Source: a virus
Strand: one strand, 5' to 3'
Virus record (IMG/VR): IMGVR_UViG_3300037470_001039
Span: 31,572 to 95,571 of that record
Length of the DNA stretch: 64,000 nucleotides
Shown here: positions 38,210-47,216 of the stretch, piece after piece
Position numbering within the stretch: the first letter of the stretch is position 1
Layout: every line of letters starts with the position of its first letter
Translations under genes and position numbers: made by a program
The notes under the pieces: generated by a model
What the model saw: only the letters and a program-made list of their open reading frames with translations
What the model was told of the DNA's origin: nothing
Database searches by the model: none

Positions 38210-38565
38210 CTACCACAGCTCGCGCAGGTTCCCCCTGAGGTAGCTCTTGGCCGAGGTGCAGCGTCCCGTCTGGTGGTCCGTGACGATGTCGCGCTGCAGC
38301 GCCACCGTCCGCACCTTGTCGCTGCGCATCCCGGAGCCTACCTGCTGTCTCCTGCGGGCGTTCCGGTCCTTGGTCGCCCTCTCGGTCCCCGCTTCCTTGA
38401 GGCGCGCCCTGAGGACGCCTAGGGCGGTCTCGCGCCTCGACGACCTCGTGGTCAAAGACCCTCCAAGGTCAGGAACTTGACGTAGATCTTGTACTGCTTG
38501 GTGACGAGGAGCTTCGCGTCTGTGCCGCCTTCTCCACTTCTGATTTCGACGATTACCGTTTCCAT
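38210..38565 (-). pseudogene. class I peptide release factor homolog with prfB-type frameshift site and deleted GGQ core
   Basis: METVIVEIRSGEGGTDAKLL...EGL-TGA, then the C-terminal RRQQVGSGMRSDKVRT...VTDHQTG. The central domains are absent. Confidence 0.8.
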
Positions 38566-38578
38566 TGGATTGACTCCT

Positions 38579-39544
38579 TCAGATCCTGAGTTTTCGGCAA
38601 GCCCAGCCACCCCATCCGGGGGACATCTGAAAATGCGCAGAAAGACGACTTTGTGTCCATCCTTGAGCCCGAAGATCTCGTAGTTCGTGTTCGACTTTGG
38701 AGATCTTCGAGAGGGCTTGGGGCTTGATGTCGATCTTGCCTGTGAAACAGGGGGGACAGTAGGGGCCGATCAGGGCAACCAGTTGAGTACGGTCGCGCTG
38801 CTGGTAGATACCAATCGTGAATTGTCCCGGCCGTCGCTCTCGTTGGGTAGTGGACCATCCGTACAGTGTTTTAAGTCGGAAGCGCAGCCGCGCAACCTCC
38901 TCTTCGGCGAAGCCATCGGTGTGGAAAAGCATTCCGTACCCATCGTCCACCGTCGCTCCGTCTCCCCAGTACCAATGAGCCAAGGCACGTGGAGAAAGTC
39001 GCACATCGCTGGGCACGTGTTTGTCTCCGTAGGGGTACCAGCGGGCCCGCTGTTCCGTGAACGGTTTGTACTTGCGGGTGCGGAGGATTGCGGACCGCTT
39101 GCCTTTCACGGCACGTCCGTGAAGGAGACCGACACGGGGCTTTCGGTATCCGCGGCTTACGGAAATTCCGATATGGGAAAAATCTTGCTCCACGCTGTCG
39201 AGCCACGGCTCGTGCCGTACTGTTTGTTCAAGTCCCAAGCGGCCTTCGCTAGTCCCGTTTACCTCGATCCACGCATCTCCCAAGAGAAGGCCGTCCACGA
39301 GTTCTAGGAACGCCTCCGTAACTTGGAACGTCTTCCTGGTGCGCAGTGCCGTTGCCTCAACCGCGTCCCGCGTTGTTATCCCCATGGAACCCCGGCTTGT
39401 CCCGAACTGCCGTGCCAGTTGGGCCTCCGATTCCCCGTCCTTGTAGCGACGCAGGATCTCGCGGTCGGGAAGCGCTTTGCGTGGTCGTCCCGTGTGTCCT
39501 CCTTTTGCTGCCCGTAATTTACTCTCTTTCGCGTTCGGGTGCAA
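38579..39544 (-). CDS. free-standing LAGLIDADG homing endonuclease with HTH
   Basis: VDGLLLGDAWI and ALAHWYWGDG motifs. Lower GC3 than neighbours. Confidence 0.85.
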   Translation of the reverse strand: MHPNAKESKLRAAKGGHTGRPRKALPDREILRRYKDGESEAQLARQFGTSRGSMGITTRDAVEATALRTRKTFQVTEAFLELVDGLLLGDAWIEVNGTSEGRLGLEQTVRHEPWLDSVEQDFSHIGISVSRGYRKPRVGLLHGRAVKGKRSAILRTRKYKPFTEQRARWYPYGDKHVPSDVRLSPRALAHWYWGDGATVDDGYGMLFHTDGFAEEEVARLRFRLKTLYGWSTTQRERRPGQFTIGIYQQRDRTQLVALIGPYCPPCFTGKIDIKPQALSKISKVEHELRDLRAQGWTQSRLSAHFQMSPGWGGWACRKLRI

Positions 39545-39560
39545 ATTCTGGACGCTTTTG

Positions 39561-39633
39561 AGAGCCCGCTCGGATTTGAACCGAGAACCTAGGGGTTAAA
39601 AGTCCCTCGCTCTGACCGTTGAGCTACGAGCCC
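39561..39633 (-). tRNA. tRNA-Lys(TTT)
   Basis: Cloverleaf with loop CT-TTT-AA and GGTTCAAATCC T-arm. Confidence 0.85.
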
Positions 39634-39718
39634 GGGAGGCGAGCGAGCTACGCTATACCCGCCCTTGAGTACCAAGGAGGGGCACGTTTGAGCCGGTGAA
39701 GTGCGATCGGCATGGCTT

Positions 39719-39956
39719 TCACTCCCGGAGCTCGCCCGGAACCAGGCCGCGCTCCACAGCGCGTCGACGCGCCTCCACGAGATGGGGATCCGCGCTGCGC
39801 GTGGCCGCCCCCATCCCGCTCTTGTAGTCGGGGCCGTCGGGGCCGAAGCGGGCGATCACCGTGGGGATGCCTCCCTGCGGATCGAAGTAGAGGTCGTGCC
39901 CGTCGAACGAACCGAGGAACGTCTCGGCCCCGGAGCTGTTGGGGAAAAAGTGCCAT
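39719..39956 (-). CDS. small hypothetical protein with +1 shift at TTTTTCCCC
   Basis: MALFP / NSSGAETFLGSFDGHDLYFDPQ...GELRE; length is 3n+1. Confidence 0.5.
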
Positions 39957-39971
39957 GGTGTTCACCTGTCG

Positions 39972-40047
39972 TGGTGAGCCCGGAAGGAGTCGAACCTTCA
40001 ACCCGCGGATTAAGAGTCCGCTGCTCTGCCAATTGAGATACGAGCCC
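39972..40047 (-). tRNA. tRNA-Lys(CTT)
   Basis: Cloverleaf with loop CT-CTT-AA and encoded CCA. Confidence 0.92.
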
Positions 40048-40257
40048 TCCCGCGTGGGGAGGTTGGTTAGGGCGAGCCGAGTGTCGGCGATGATGATGAA
40101 CTCACTGCTCTGCGCAGACTGAGCTACCGGCCCGGAGGATGCACGCTTGCGACGCCCGACGAGGACGGAGCGTGCGTCCCCCTCGGGCTAGAGCTTGGTC
40201 TTGCGTTTCAGCAGAGCGGTCATGGCCTGCTCGTTCTAGTGCGCCCCAGGGTCGGTG

Positions 40258-40524
40258 TCAAGGCGACGACCAGGAATTCAAGCGGGAGGCCCGGTAGAGA
40301 CTGCTCTGCAAGGCGTCGGGCTGCAGGCTGACGATGAGAGCGTCCGCGCATGCTTTCGCGTCGCCTCGCGTTACGTGGGCGTGGGACCACACCTCCTCGT
40401 TCGTGCACGGACCGGCCAAGACGACCTTAACGTGCCATCCGTCGTCGTTCTCCTCCTCGACCTCGACGACCATGATCCGCGACGCGTCGATCCAGGCTCC
40501 CCACGGTGTCTCGCACAGCCTCAT
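40258..40524 (-). CDS. hypothetical protein
   Basis: ATGA-coupled to the vWA gene. Confidence 0.5.
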   Translation of the reverse strand: MRLCETPWGAWIDASRIMVVEVEEENDDGWHVKVVLAGPCTNEEVWSHAHVTRGDAKACADALIVSLQPDALQSSLYRASRLNSWSSP

Positions 40525-41480
40525 CCCACGGGCTCCACGCTGATGCCGCATCCGGCAGCCACGAAAGGGATCGCTTCGGCGAAGAATTGGCCGTAATTGT
40601 CATCGCAGATGCTACCGACGAGCGAGTAGGGAACGTGGTTCATGAACTCAAGTAGGTTGGTTGGGTACTCGGACGTGCAGGGACTGTCGGGGAACAGCCC
40701 GATGAACGCGGCGTCCTCCAAGGTCCCGTCGCGAATCCGCTCGACGTGCTCCATCCACTCCCAAGGACTCCTTATCGAGTCGATGTCATCCTCGTCTGTG
40801 ATGAACACGACGAGGAGGCTCGAGCGCTTCTGGGTGAAGTCGCCGTTGGTGTCGCCGAGACGGTGGTACCCTTCGTTGCACCCGCCTGGGCGCCCGTGCC
40901 AGTAGTCGAGAGCTTCGAGCATCGCGTCGATGGGGCGCTCCGATCCCGATCCGTAGGTACCCACCATGGCGGCGCAGGAGAACGTCTCCTCGAGGTCGTC
41001 GTTCTTTGTCATGTAGCGGGCACCGTCAGCGTACGGTCCGCAGACGTGCGACACGCTTTCGTAGTCGACGGCCGTCTGCGTCACCAGGGCGCCGAGCAAC
41101 CGGCACTTCGCTTCGTTCCTGCCGTAGCTGTCCGTCGAGACGACGCCGACGTGGATGCCACCGTGTGCTCCGATGCCCAGTTCGACGAGATGTTCTATGA
41201 ACGAGGGCACGTTGGCGACCAGACGTTCTTGGTCTTCTCCCATGGACCCGGAGTTGTCGATCACGAACAAGATGTCGAACGCCCCGCACAGGTCCTGCTG
41301 TGGCAGGTCGAGGCGCTCTGGTTCGAGTACAGCTTCAAAGCCGAAATCGGGGTGCGCGACGGGGGGTCGGGAGCTGGCACCGTCCGTGCCGCCCGTGCCA
41401 GCGGAGAGGTCCCCGTCGAGGGAGGGGACCTCGTGCGTGCATGCGAGGACTGCGAAGATCGAGAGCACAGGTTGCTTCAT
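40521..41480 (-). CDS. vWA-domain lipoprotein (myxobacterial type)
   Basis: LAC lipobox-like signal, DILFVIDNSGSM (MIDAS) and VVFITDEDD. Confidence 0.8.
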   Translation of the reverse strand: MKQPVLSIFAVLACTHEVPSLDGDLSAGTGGTDGASSRPPVAHPDFGFEAVLEPERLDLPQQDLCGAFDILFVIDNSGSMGEDQERLVANVPSFIEHLVELGIGAHGGIHVGVVSTDSYGRNEAKCRLLGALVTQTAVDYESVSHVCGPYADGARYMTKNDDLEETFSCAAMVGTYGSGSERPIDAMLEALDYWHGRPGGCNEGYHRLGDTNGDFTQKRSSLLVVFITDEDDIDSIRSPWEWMEHVERIRDGTLEDAAFIGLFPDSPCTSEYPTNLLEFMNHVPYSLVGSICDDNYGQFFAEAIPFVAAGCGISVEPVG

Positions 41481-41601
41481 CTCCAGTCCCTCACGACGAG
41501 TCCCCGGGCGGCGACCTCGTGCGTGCATGCGAGGACTGCGAAGATCGAGAGCACAGGTTGCTTCATCTCCAGTCCCTCACGACGAGTCCCCGGGCGGCGA
41601 C
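41427..41601. repeat. 86-bp perfect tandem duplication
   Basis: The unit starting at 41427 recurs at 41513. Confidence 0.9.
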
Positions 41602-42168
41602 GCGCATGGCGTCCCCTTGGCTGAGTGTGAAGCGGGCTCCCGCGTCGTCCCGCTTGGTGCACATGACGTTGTCTGGATCGTCTTCGTGGTCGAGGCCCAG
41701 GGCATGTCCGATTTCGTGGGCGAGCGTGGTCCTGCGGGCGTGGGCCGCCAAGATGACGAAGTCGTGGGCGCCTCCGGCCTGCGCGTGGAGTCCGTTGAGG
41801 CTATCTCCAGGCTCGAGCGAAACGATGTCGACGACGAATACGTGGACCGTGCCGTCCCTCGTGACGCGACTCCCGAGGGGCTGTCGGTCTTGTCGCGTGG
41901 CGATCCTCTGCGGGAGGCGGTACAGGCGGTCCTCCGACCACACGACGAGTCCGATGCCGTGCGGCATCAACGTTTCGTTGCTCAGCTCAAGCGATTCCTC
42001 GAACTTGCGGCGGATGCCCTTCTCGTCGGTGAGATAGTGGACGGAGAGCGGGAGAAGGCTCGGCCCATGTACTTCGGGGGCCGAGGGTCCCGGCAACGTC
42101 GGGGCGGTCGTGCAGGTGGTGACGAGCAGCAGGGTGCCGATGAGAGGGAGGCGTCGTCCCCGTTCCAT
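41563..42168 (-). CDS. metzincin zinc metalloprotease, probably exported
   Basis: HEIGHALGLDH plus Met-turn NVM, with a hydrophobic N-terminus. Confidence 0.85.
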   Translation of the reverse strand: MERGRRLPLIGTLLLVTTCTTAPTLPGPSAPEVHGPSLLPLSVHYLTDEKGIRRKFEESLELSNETLMPHGIGLVVWSEDRLYRLPQRIATRQDRQPLGSRVTRDGTVHVFVVDIVSLEPGDSLNGLHAQAGGAHDFVILAAHARRTTLAHEIGHALGLDHEDDPDNVMCTKRDDAGARFTLSQGDAMRVAARGLVVRDWR

Positions 42169-42215
42169 CGTTAAACAGCGTGACCGAACTTACTGAGCTA
42201 CGCTCGTGCTCCTGT

Positions 42216-42554
42216 TTAGTATTCGTCGCGCTCCACTGCCAGCTCGGAGAGTACCTCTCGCAGGTAGAGAATGACGAGCCGCTCCTGCCGGGTCAGCACC
42301 GGAGCCGCGTATCCTCCGAACCGTCGCGGGTTGCCGCATCCCGAGCACGAGCACGCCGCGAGGTGGTCCACGTACTTCGCCGCGCTTGCGTCGGCCTGGG
42401 TGTGGTCGACGGCCCGCTTGGCGAACACGCGGCCCTCTCCCGGCACCCATTCGCTCTGGTCGGGGGTCCAGGATCGCCACCAGCGGCGGCGGATCTTGCG
42501 TGCACGGGCGACGAGTCGCGCGCGATGATGACGACGAAGTGCTCTCTTGGACAT
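42216..42554 (-). CDS. basic hypothetical protein
   Basis: 112 aa, Arg-rich, CSCSGCGNPRR motif. Confidence 0.6.
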   Translation of the reverse strand: MSKRALRRHHRARLVARARKIRRRWWRSWTPDQSEWVPGEGRVFAKRAVDHTQADASAAKYVDHLAACSCSGCGNPRRFGGYAAPVLTRQERLVILYLREVLSELAVERDEY

Positions 42555-42703
42555 GGCGACCTTCCCGGCCCGCCCGGTCCCGAGAGCACACTGCTCGCGG
42601 GCCGGGCTAGGTCGTGAAGCCGCGGCTTCCGCCAGGCGGGGAGAACACCTCGGCGACCCCGGCGATGCCTGTCGTCAGCTTTTCGTCGATCACAATTCCC
42701 ACT

Positions 42704-43105
42704 CTACAGCCCCTCCGCGAACTTCGCCAGCATGGCGACCGCGCGGTCGTGTTCGTACGCGGTGCGGGCCTCCACGAACAGGAGGATCTCGGCCCAACCT
42801 CCGCGGCGCTCCTCCGGGTGGGCCTTCCAGACGAAGGTCTCCTCGAGCCCGTCCGCGTCCCTCATCTGCGTGCTCGCCTCGTACAGGGCCTGGAACATGC
42901 GCCCGACGTGCTCTGCTTGGCATGCCAGACGGAGCATCGGAGACGTGTTGACCGCCCACGCGTTCCCCGTCGTGTCGTCGGGGTGTCCTTGGCAGCTCTC
43001 CGCGGTCCACAGCCACCCGCTCGCGTTGATGTCGACGACGATGTCTCGGACGAGGGGGTCGATGGTGTCGGCTTTGAGTGCAGCCTCGAAGTCGAAGGAG
43101 CCCAT
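42704..43105 (-). CDS. hypothetical protein with Tyw3-like N-terminal motif
   Basis: IDPLVRDIVVDINASGWLWTAESCQGH resembles the Tyw3 D..I..L...IN....TTSSC.G pattern. Confidence 0.5.
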   Translation of the reverse strand: MGSFDFEAALKADTIDPLVRDIVVDINASGWLWTAESCQGHPDDTTGNAWAVNTSPMLRLACQAEHVGRMFQALYEASTQMRDADGLEETFVWKAHPEERRGGWAEILLFVEARTAYEHDRAVAMLAKFAEGL

Positions 43106-43123
43106 GGCGCACGGTACCCAAGC

Positions 43124-43825
43124 TCAACCGTCTTGCCGTGCTCGCTTGTCGTTCAAGATCTTCTGGATGGCACGGTAGCGGTCGATGTTCCGCTTGCGTA
43201 CCTCCTCGGGACTGACCGGCACGATCTCGCGCTCGAGCCACGCTTGGAGGTTCTCGGGCGCTTCCTTTGGCAGGGTTCCGAGGTGAAGGTAGTGGGGGTC
43301 GAGTTTCGCGAGCTCGGCGATCATCGGCCGGCTGTGCGTCGTGATGAAGATGCCCTTGGTGTGGTCGGGCAGGTTCTCGACGAAGTCGGCGATGACGATG
43401 GCAGCCCCGAGCGACGCACCCTCGCTCATGCCGAGGTCGGGCTCGTCCCAGTACATGAGATGTGGGTGCTCTCGCTTGCGGCAGGTCTCGATGGCGGTCT
43501 TGACCGTCGTGGCCGAGTTTGAGCCGGTCGAGTCGTGATGTTCGTCGCCGTAGATCAGGCCGTGGAGGGGCCCCAAGTAGTTGCCGCCCCCGCGGCCCTC
43601 CATGCTGATGTGGATGACCTCTTCGATGGAAGTGTTCTCCTTGGCGCAGATCTGTACGCATCGGCGGAAGAAACTCTTGCCCCCCGCGTTCTCTCCGAGA
43701 ACGAGGAAGAGCCGACACGACCCCGGAACCCACAGGGCCGGGATGACGGGGTCGTCGTCGGCGAAGTACTTCCAGTTGGTCAGGAGGTCGTCGACGATCC
43801 ACTTCGCGGTGGACGGCTTGCTCAC
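43124..43825 (-). CDS. ABC-type ATPase without transmembrane partner
   Basis: GENAGGKS (Walker A), YWDEPD (Walker B) and ITTHS (H-loop). GTG at 43825. Confidence 0.8.
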   Translation of the reverse strand: MSKPSTAKWIVDDLLTNWKYFADDDPVIPALWVPGSCRLFLVLGENAGGKSFFRRCVQICAKENTSIEEVIHISMEGRGGGNYLGPLHGLIYGDEHHDSTGSNSATTVKTAIETCRKREHPHLMYWDEPDLGMSEGASLGAAIVIADFVENLPDHTKGIFITTHSRPMIAELAKLDPHYLHLGTLPKEAPENLQAWLEREIVPVSPEEVRKRNIDRYRAIQKILNDKRARQDG

Positions 43826-44670
43826 GCCCGGTCGCCCCCGTCGAAGAAGTGGACCTTCGGTAGCATGGACGCCGGGAAGCGACGCCGAGCCATCTCCTCG
43901 ATGTGCGCCCGAGTCCACCGCATCGAGCGGTGGCACAGGACGAGGGCCTCTCCCTCGAACTTCTCGCAGTGCTCGACCATCTCCGCGATGTGCGTGTGGC
44001 CGTAGCGACGGCATCCGTCGAGGTTGCTCTCGTCCTCCTCCCAGACCGTGACCTCGTGGACGAGGACCTTGGCCTTGCGGGCCTGCTCCTGCTCGAGCAG
44101 GAACTCGATCTGAGTGTCGCCCGGGATGCACACCATCGTGCTCGTGACGTCGTCGGTGATCTGGACCCCTTCCCTCTTGAGACGCCCGATCTCGGACCCC
44201 CCCATGCCCTTGAACTCGTCCTTGAGCTTGGAGGTCGTCTGCTCGACGGCCCACCCGATGGAGTCGGTCCGGTGCGTCGTCTGGACGCCGCGGACGACGA
44301 TGCCTCCGCGGAGCTGGACGGCCTCGCCAGGCTCGACGCCGTGCACACGGAACATTCTGTTCTCGGCACGGTCGCCGTACAGGTCGGCCATGTGGCTCAG
44401 CACCGCGTGCACCTTCTGCTCGATCGCCTTCGGGACGTGGACGTTCAGGATGCCCTTCTTGCTGCCCACGCTGCGCCGCGCCGCGATGTACGGCAACGCC
44501 CCGACGTGGTCGGGGTGCCCGTGGGTGATGAAGTAGTGGTCCACGTTCACGCCCGGCAGCACGCAGCCCGCGTCGAACACGGCGCGCGCCTCCGGGACGA
44601 AGATCGAGGTCTGGAGGCCTCCCTGGGCGTACCCGTGGAGCGTGACGCCTGCGATGTTGAGTTTCTGCAT
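43822..44670 (-). CDS. rnz: RNase Z-like metallo-beta-lactamase
   Basis: ITHGHPDH, TTHR, GDT, HEVT, GHTH and LCHRS motifs, with a KLKDEF...EI..LK short flexible arm. Confidence 0.82.
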   Translation of the reverse strand: MQKLNIAGVTLHGYAQGGLQTSIFVPEARAVFDAGCVLPGVNVDHYFITHGHPDHVGALPYIAARRSVGSKKGILNVHVPKAIEQKVHAVLSHMADLYGDRAENRMFRVHGVEPGEAVQLRGGIVVRGVQTTHRTDSIGWAVEQTTSKLKDEFKGMGGSEIGRLKREGVQITDDVTSTMVCIPGDTQIEFLLEQEQARKAKVLVHEVTVWEEDESNLDGCRRYGHTHIAEMVEHCEKFEGEALVLCHRSMRWTRAHIEEMARRRFPASMLPKVHFFDGGDRA

Positions 44671-44718
44671 GAGTAGGCCCCCTTCAGACCCTGTACAAGG
44701 CGCGGTAAGAATTTAAAC

Positions 44719-44795
44719 GGTGCCCAGGGAATGGGTTTGAACCATCGACGCACGGGGGTTTAGACCCGCCGCTCTACCAACTGAGCTACCTGGGC
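44719..44795 (-). tRNA. atypical tRNA, anticodon undetermined (possibly CTA)
   Basis: Good acceptor, D and T arms. The anticodon region GCGGG-TCTAAACC-CCCGT is irregular. Confidence 0.6.
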
Positions 44796-44907
44796 TCGGG
44801 CACCCTTTATACCCCACGTCAGCCCGAAGATCGGGCCCTTGGGGGCGCGGGTGGCACAGCCCCTCGAGTGGACGCAGAATTGGGGGGTGGATGTTGGAAC
44901 GCTGGAG

Positions 44908-44979
44908 TCCTTCGGGCGGTGCTCGAACCCGCGTGCTCCGGGCTCCAACCGGAAGCTAACCCATCTCAGCTACCGAGGG
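44908..44979 (-). tRNA. degenerate tRNA with GGA anticodon and short variable loop
   Basis: Loop TT-GGA-GC, with mismatches in the acceptor and T stems. Confidence 0.55.
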
Positions 44980-45166
44980 GTAGAAGTGGCTCGCTGACCC
45001 GGCTCGGTAAAACTCTCGCGGGTGTCCTTGACGGTCGCGCCGCAGCAGACGCACATGCGGGCGCCGTCCTTGTCGGGGCGTCCGAGCATGCCGTCGTGGT
45101 CGCACTCTTGGGTGCGGCTGTCGTGGTGGGTGAAAATGAGTGACATCGTGTTGTTCCTTATGGACT

Positions 45167-45244
45167 TGGTGCCTCGGGTTGGAATCGAACCAACACCTCC
45201 AGCTCTTCAGGCCGGCGCTTGCGTACCAAGTCAGCTTCCGAGGC
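45167..45244 (-). tRNA. tRNA-Phe(GAA)
   Basis: Loop CT-GAA-GA and encoded CCA. Confidence 0.8.
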
Positions 45245-45365
45245 GACGAGATTCACTCGCCACAAGTGTCCTCGCGGACGGACTTGCGGCGGCGGATGCC
45301 GATCTATCGGCGGCCATAACTCGCAGAAAAAGCGAGTTATGGCCGGATAAAGCTGTCGCCGAACT

Positions 45366-45442
45366 TGGGGTGGGTGACGGGATTTGAACCCGCGGCCTCC
45401 AGGGTCACAACCTGGCGCTCTGCCAGCCGAGCTCCACCCACC
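45366..45442 (-). tRNA. tRNA-His(GTG)
   Basis: Loop TT-GTG-AC, G-1 and C73, encoded CCA. Confidence 0.92.
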
Positions 45443-45523
45443 ATGAGATGGTGGTGGTCTTCGCCCTCGGAGAGGGGCTCGGTATGTGACTGGGTCAGCA
45501 CGGAACGAATCCTTGAATTTGGG

Positions 45524-45551
45524 AAGATACCCGGCTCGCGGGCAAAGTCAA
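45524..45551 (-). promoter_or_regulatory. sigma70-like promoter upstream of tRNA-His
   Basis: TTGACT-16 nt-TATCTT. Confidence 0.55.
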
Positions 45552-45602
45552 GGATCTTCGGGGACTTCCTCCGGTAGGCGCCCTATGGGTCCCCCCTGTG
45601 AG

Positions 45603-47216
45603 ATGCCCAAACGCCAGGACCCCTCCGACCCCACCGGGCTGCCGTATGACTTCCGCATCGACCGGGCCAACGTGCAACGGTCGGAGGCGGACACGTCACA
45701 GGCCCAGAACTCTGACCGCTCCCTGATGCTCGATCGGGCTGGCACGTTTTACCGGACGGCCCTCTTCTCGAAGACACTGATGCACAACAGCTACGGCGAG
45801 GTGGCCGACGGGGACTGGGTCTGGATCGACGTCGCGATGCGTAGCGGAGATCAGGAGTACTTCGACCGCATCCCCCTCAATCCTCTCTCGGTTCGCAGGC
45901 TCGTGAACCCTCAGGCGGCCTTGGCGTCCCTCATGGAAGGAGCCGACGCATTCTCCGTCTCGATGCCGCCAGCGCCCTCGATGCTATCGGAGGAGGCGGC
46001 TGGCGAGATGGTCGAGCTGTACGGCATGGCACTCCTACGCGACGAGTCGTTCCGCGACATTCAGGACGGGACCACCTCGCAGGAGGCCACCGTCACCACC
46101 CTCCTCGCCGACCTGAACTCGATCGGGGCGTCCTTCACGGGGCCCAAAGACGGCGGCGTGGTCACTCGAGGCACGCTGTTCCGCGGCCCGGGCTACGGCG
46201 AGACCATCGGGCCCTACGTCAGCCAGTTCCTGCTCCACGACTTCCCCTACGGCAATATGACGGTCTCGCAGGTGATCGGCGTCGAGCTCGACGACGGTCC
46301 CTCCATCACGACCGCGGGCTGGCTCGACATCCAGAACGGGATCACGCCTCCGGGCACGAACCCGGCCGGGTTCAGCCGTCGCGCCTACTCCCCTCGCGTG
46401 CTCGCGAGCTACGTGCACAACGACCCGCCCGCCACCGCGTTCCTCAACGCGGCGATGATCCTGCTGGCCAACGGGGCGCCCCTCAACCCGAACTTCCCCG
46501 TCCTCCCCAACGAGGAGGGGTTCGTCACGATGGGCGCGGCGGAGATCTGCGCTCGCGTGATGCACGTCTCCGAACTCGCGCTCAAGGCCGCGTGGCGCCA
46601 GAAGTGGGTCACCAACGTGCGCCTGCGACCCGAGGTCTACGCCGGTCGCGTGCACTTCACCCTCGATGACGCGCAGGACTACAGCCTCGACGCCGCCGTC
46701 CTAGGCGCTGGGACCACCGCAAACATGCTGGCGGCCAATACTGGCAACGGTTCGGCCACCTACCTGCTTCCGCTCGTGTATCCCGAGGGGAGCCCGGCTC
46801 ACCCGAGTTACCCCGCCGGCCACGCCACGCTCGCGGGCGCCTGTGCCACTGTGCTCAAGGCGTTTTTCGCCAACGACACGCTGATCACGGGCCTCGCCTC
46901 GGGGACCTTCGAGGTCATCGAATCGATCACCGGCGAAGAGACCTACGCGGAACTGCTCGCGGCCCCGATCACCGATCCCGGAGTCGTGGACAGCCTGACC
47001 GTTTCGATCGAGCTGAACAAACTCGCCTCGAACATCGCGACGGCCCGCAACATGGCCGGCGTCCACTACCGCTCCGACGGCGATCAAGGCGTCCTGCTCG
47101 GGGAGCAGGTTGCCATTCAGTACATCAAGGACATCGCCGCGACGTACAACGAGACGTTCCCGGGCTACGAAATCAGGAAGTTCGACGGCACGATCGAGGT
47201 CATCTCGACGTTGTAG
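45603..47216 (+). CDS. vanadium-dependent haloperoxidase (bromoperoxidase type)
   Basis: AAWRQKW...RLRPE, HPSYPAGHA and RNMAGVHYRSD vanadate-binding motifs, plus the N-terminal LVNPQA and GPYVSQFL segments. Confidence 0.88.
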   Translation: MPKRQDPSDPTGLPYDFRIDRANVQRSEADTSQAQNSDRSLMLDRAGTFYRTALFSKTLMHNSYGEVADGDWVWIDVAMRSGDQEYFDRIPLNPLSVRRLVNPQAALASLMEGADAFSVSMPPAPSMLSEEAAGEMVELYGMALLRDESFRDIQDGTTSQEATVTTLLADLNSIGASFTGPKDGGVVTRGTLFRGPGYGETIGPYVSQFLLHDFPYGNMTVSQVIGVELDDGPSITTAGWLDIQNGITPPGTNPAGFSRRAYSPRVLASYVHNDPPATAFLNAAMILLANGAPLNPNFPVLPNEEGFVTMGAAEICARVMHVSELALKAAWRQKWVTNVRLRPEVYAGRVHFTLDDAQDYSLDAAVLGAGTTANMLAANTGNGSATYLLPLVYPEGSPAHPSYPAGHATLAGACATVLKAFFANDTLITGLASGTFEVIESITGEETYAELLAAPITDPGVVDSLTVSIELNKLASNIATARNMAGVHYRSDGDQGVLLGEQVAIQYIKDIAATYNETFPGYEIRKFDGTIEVISTL

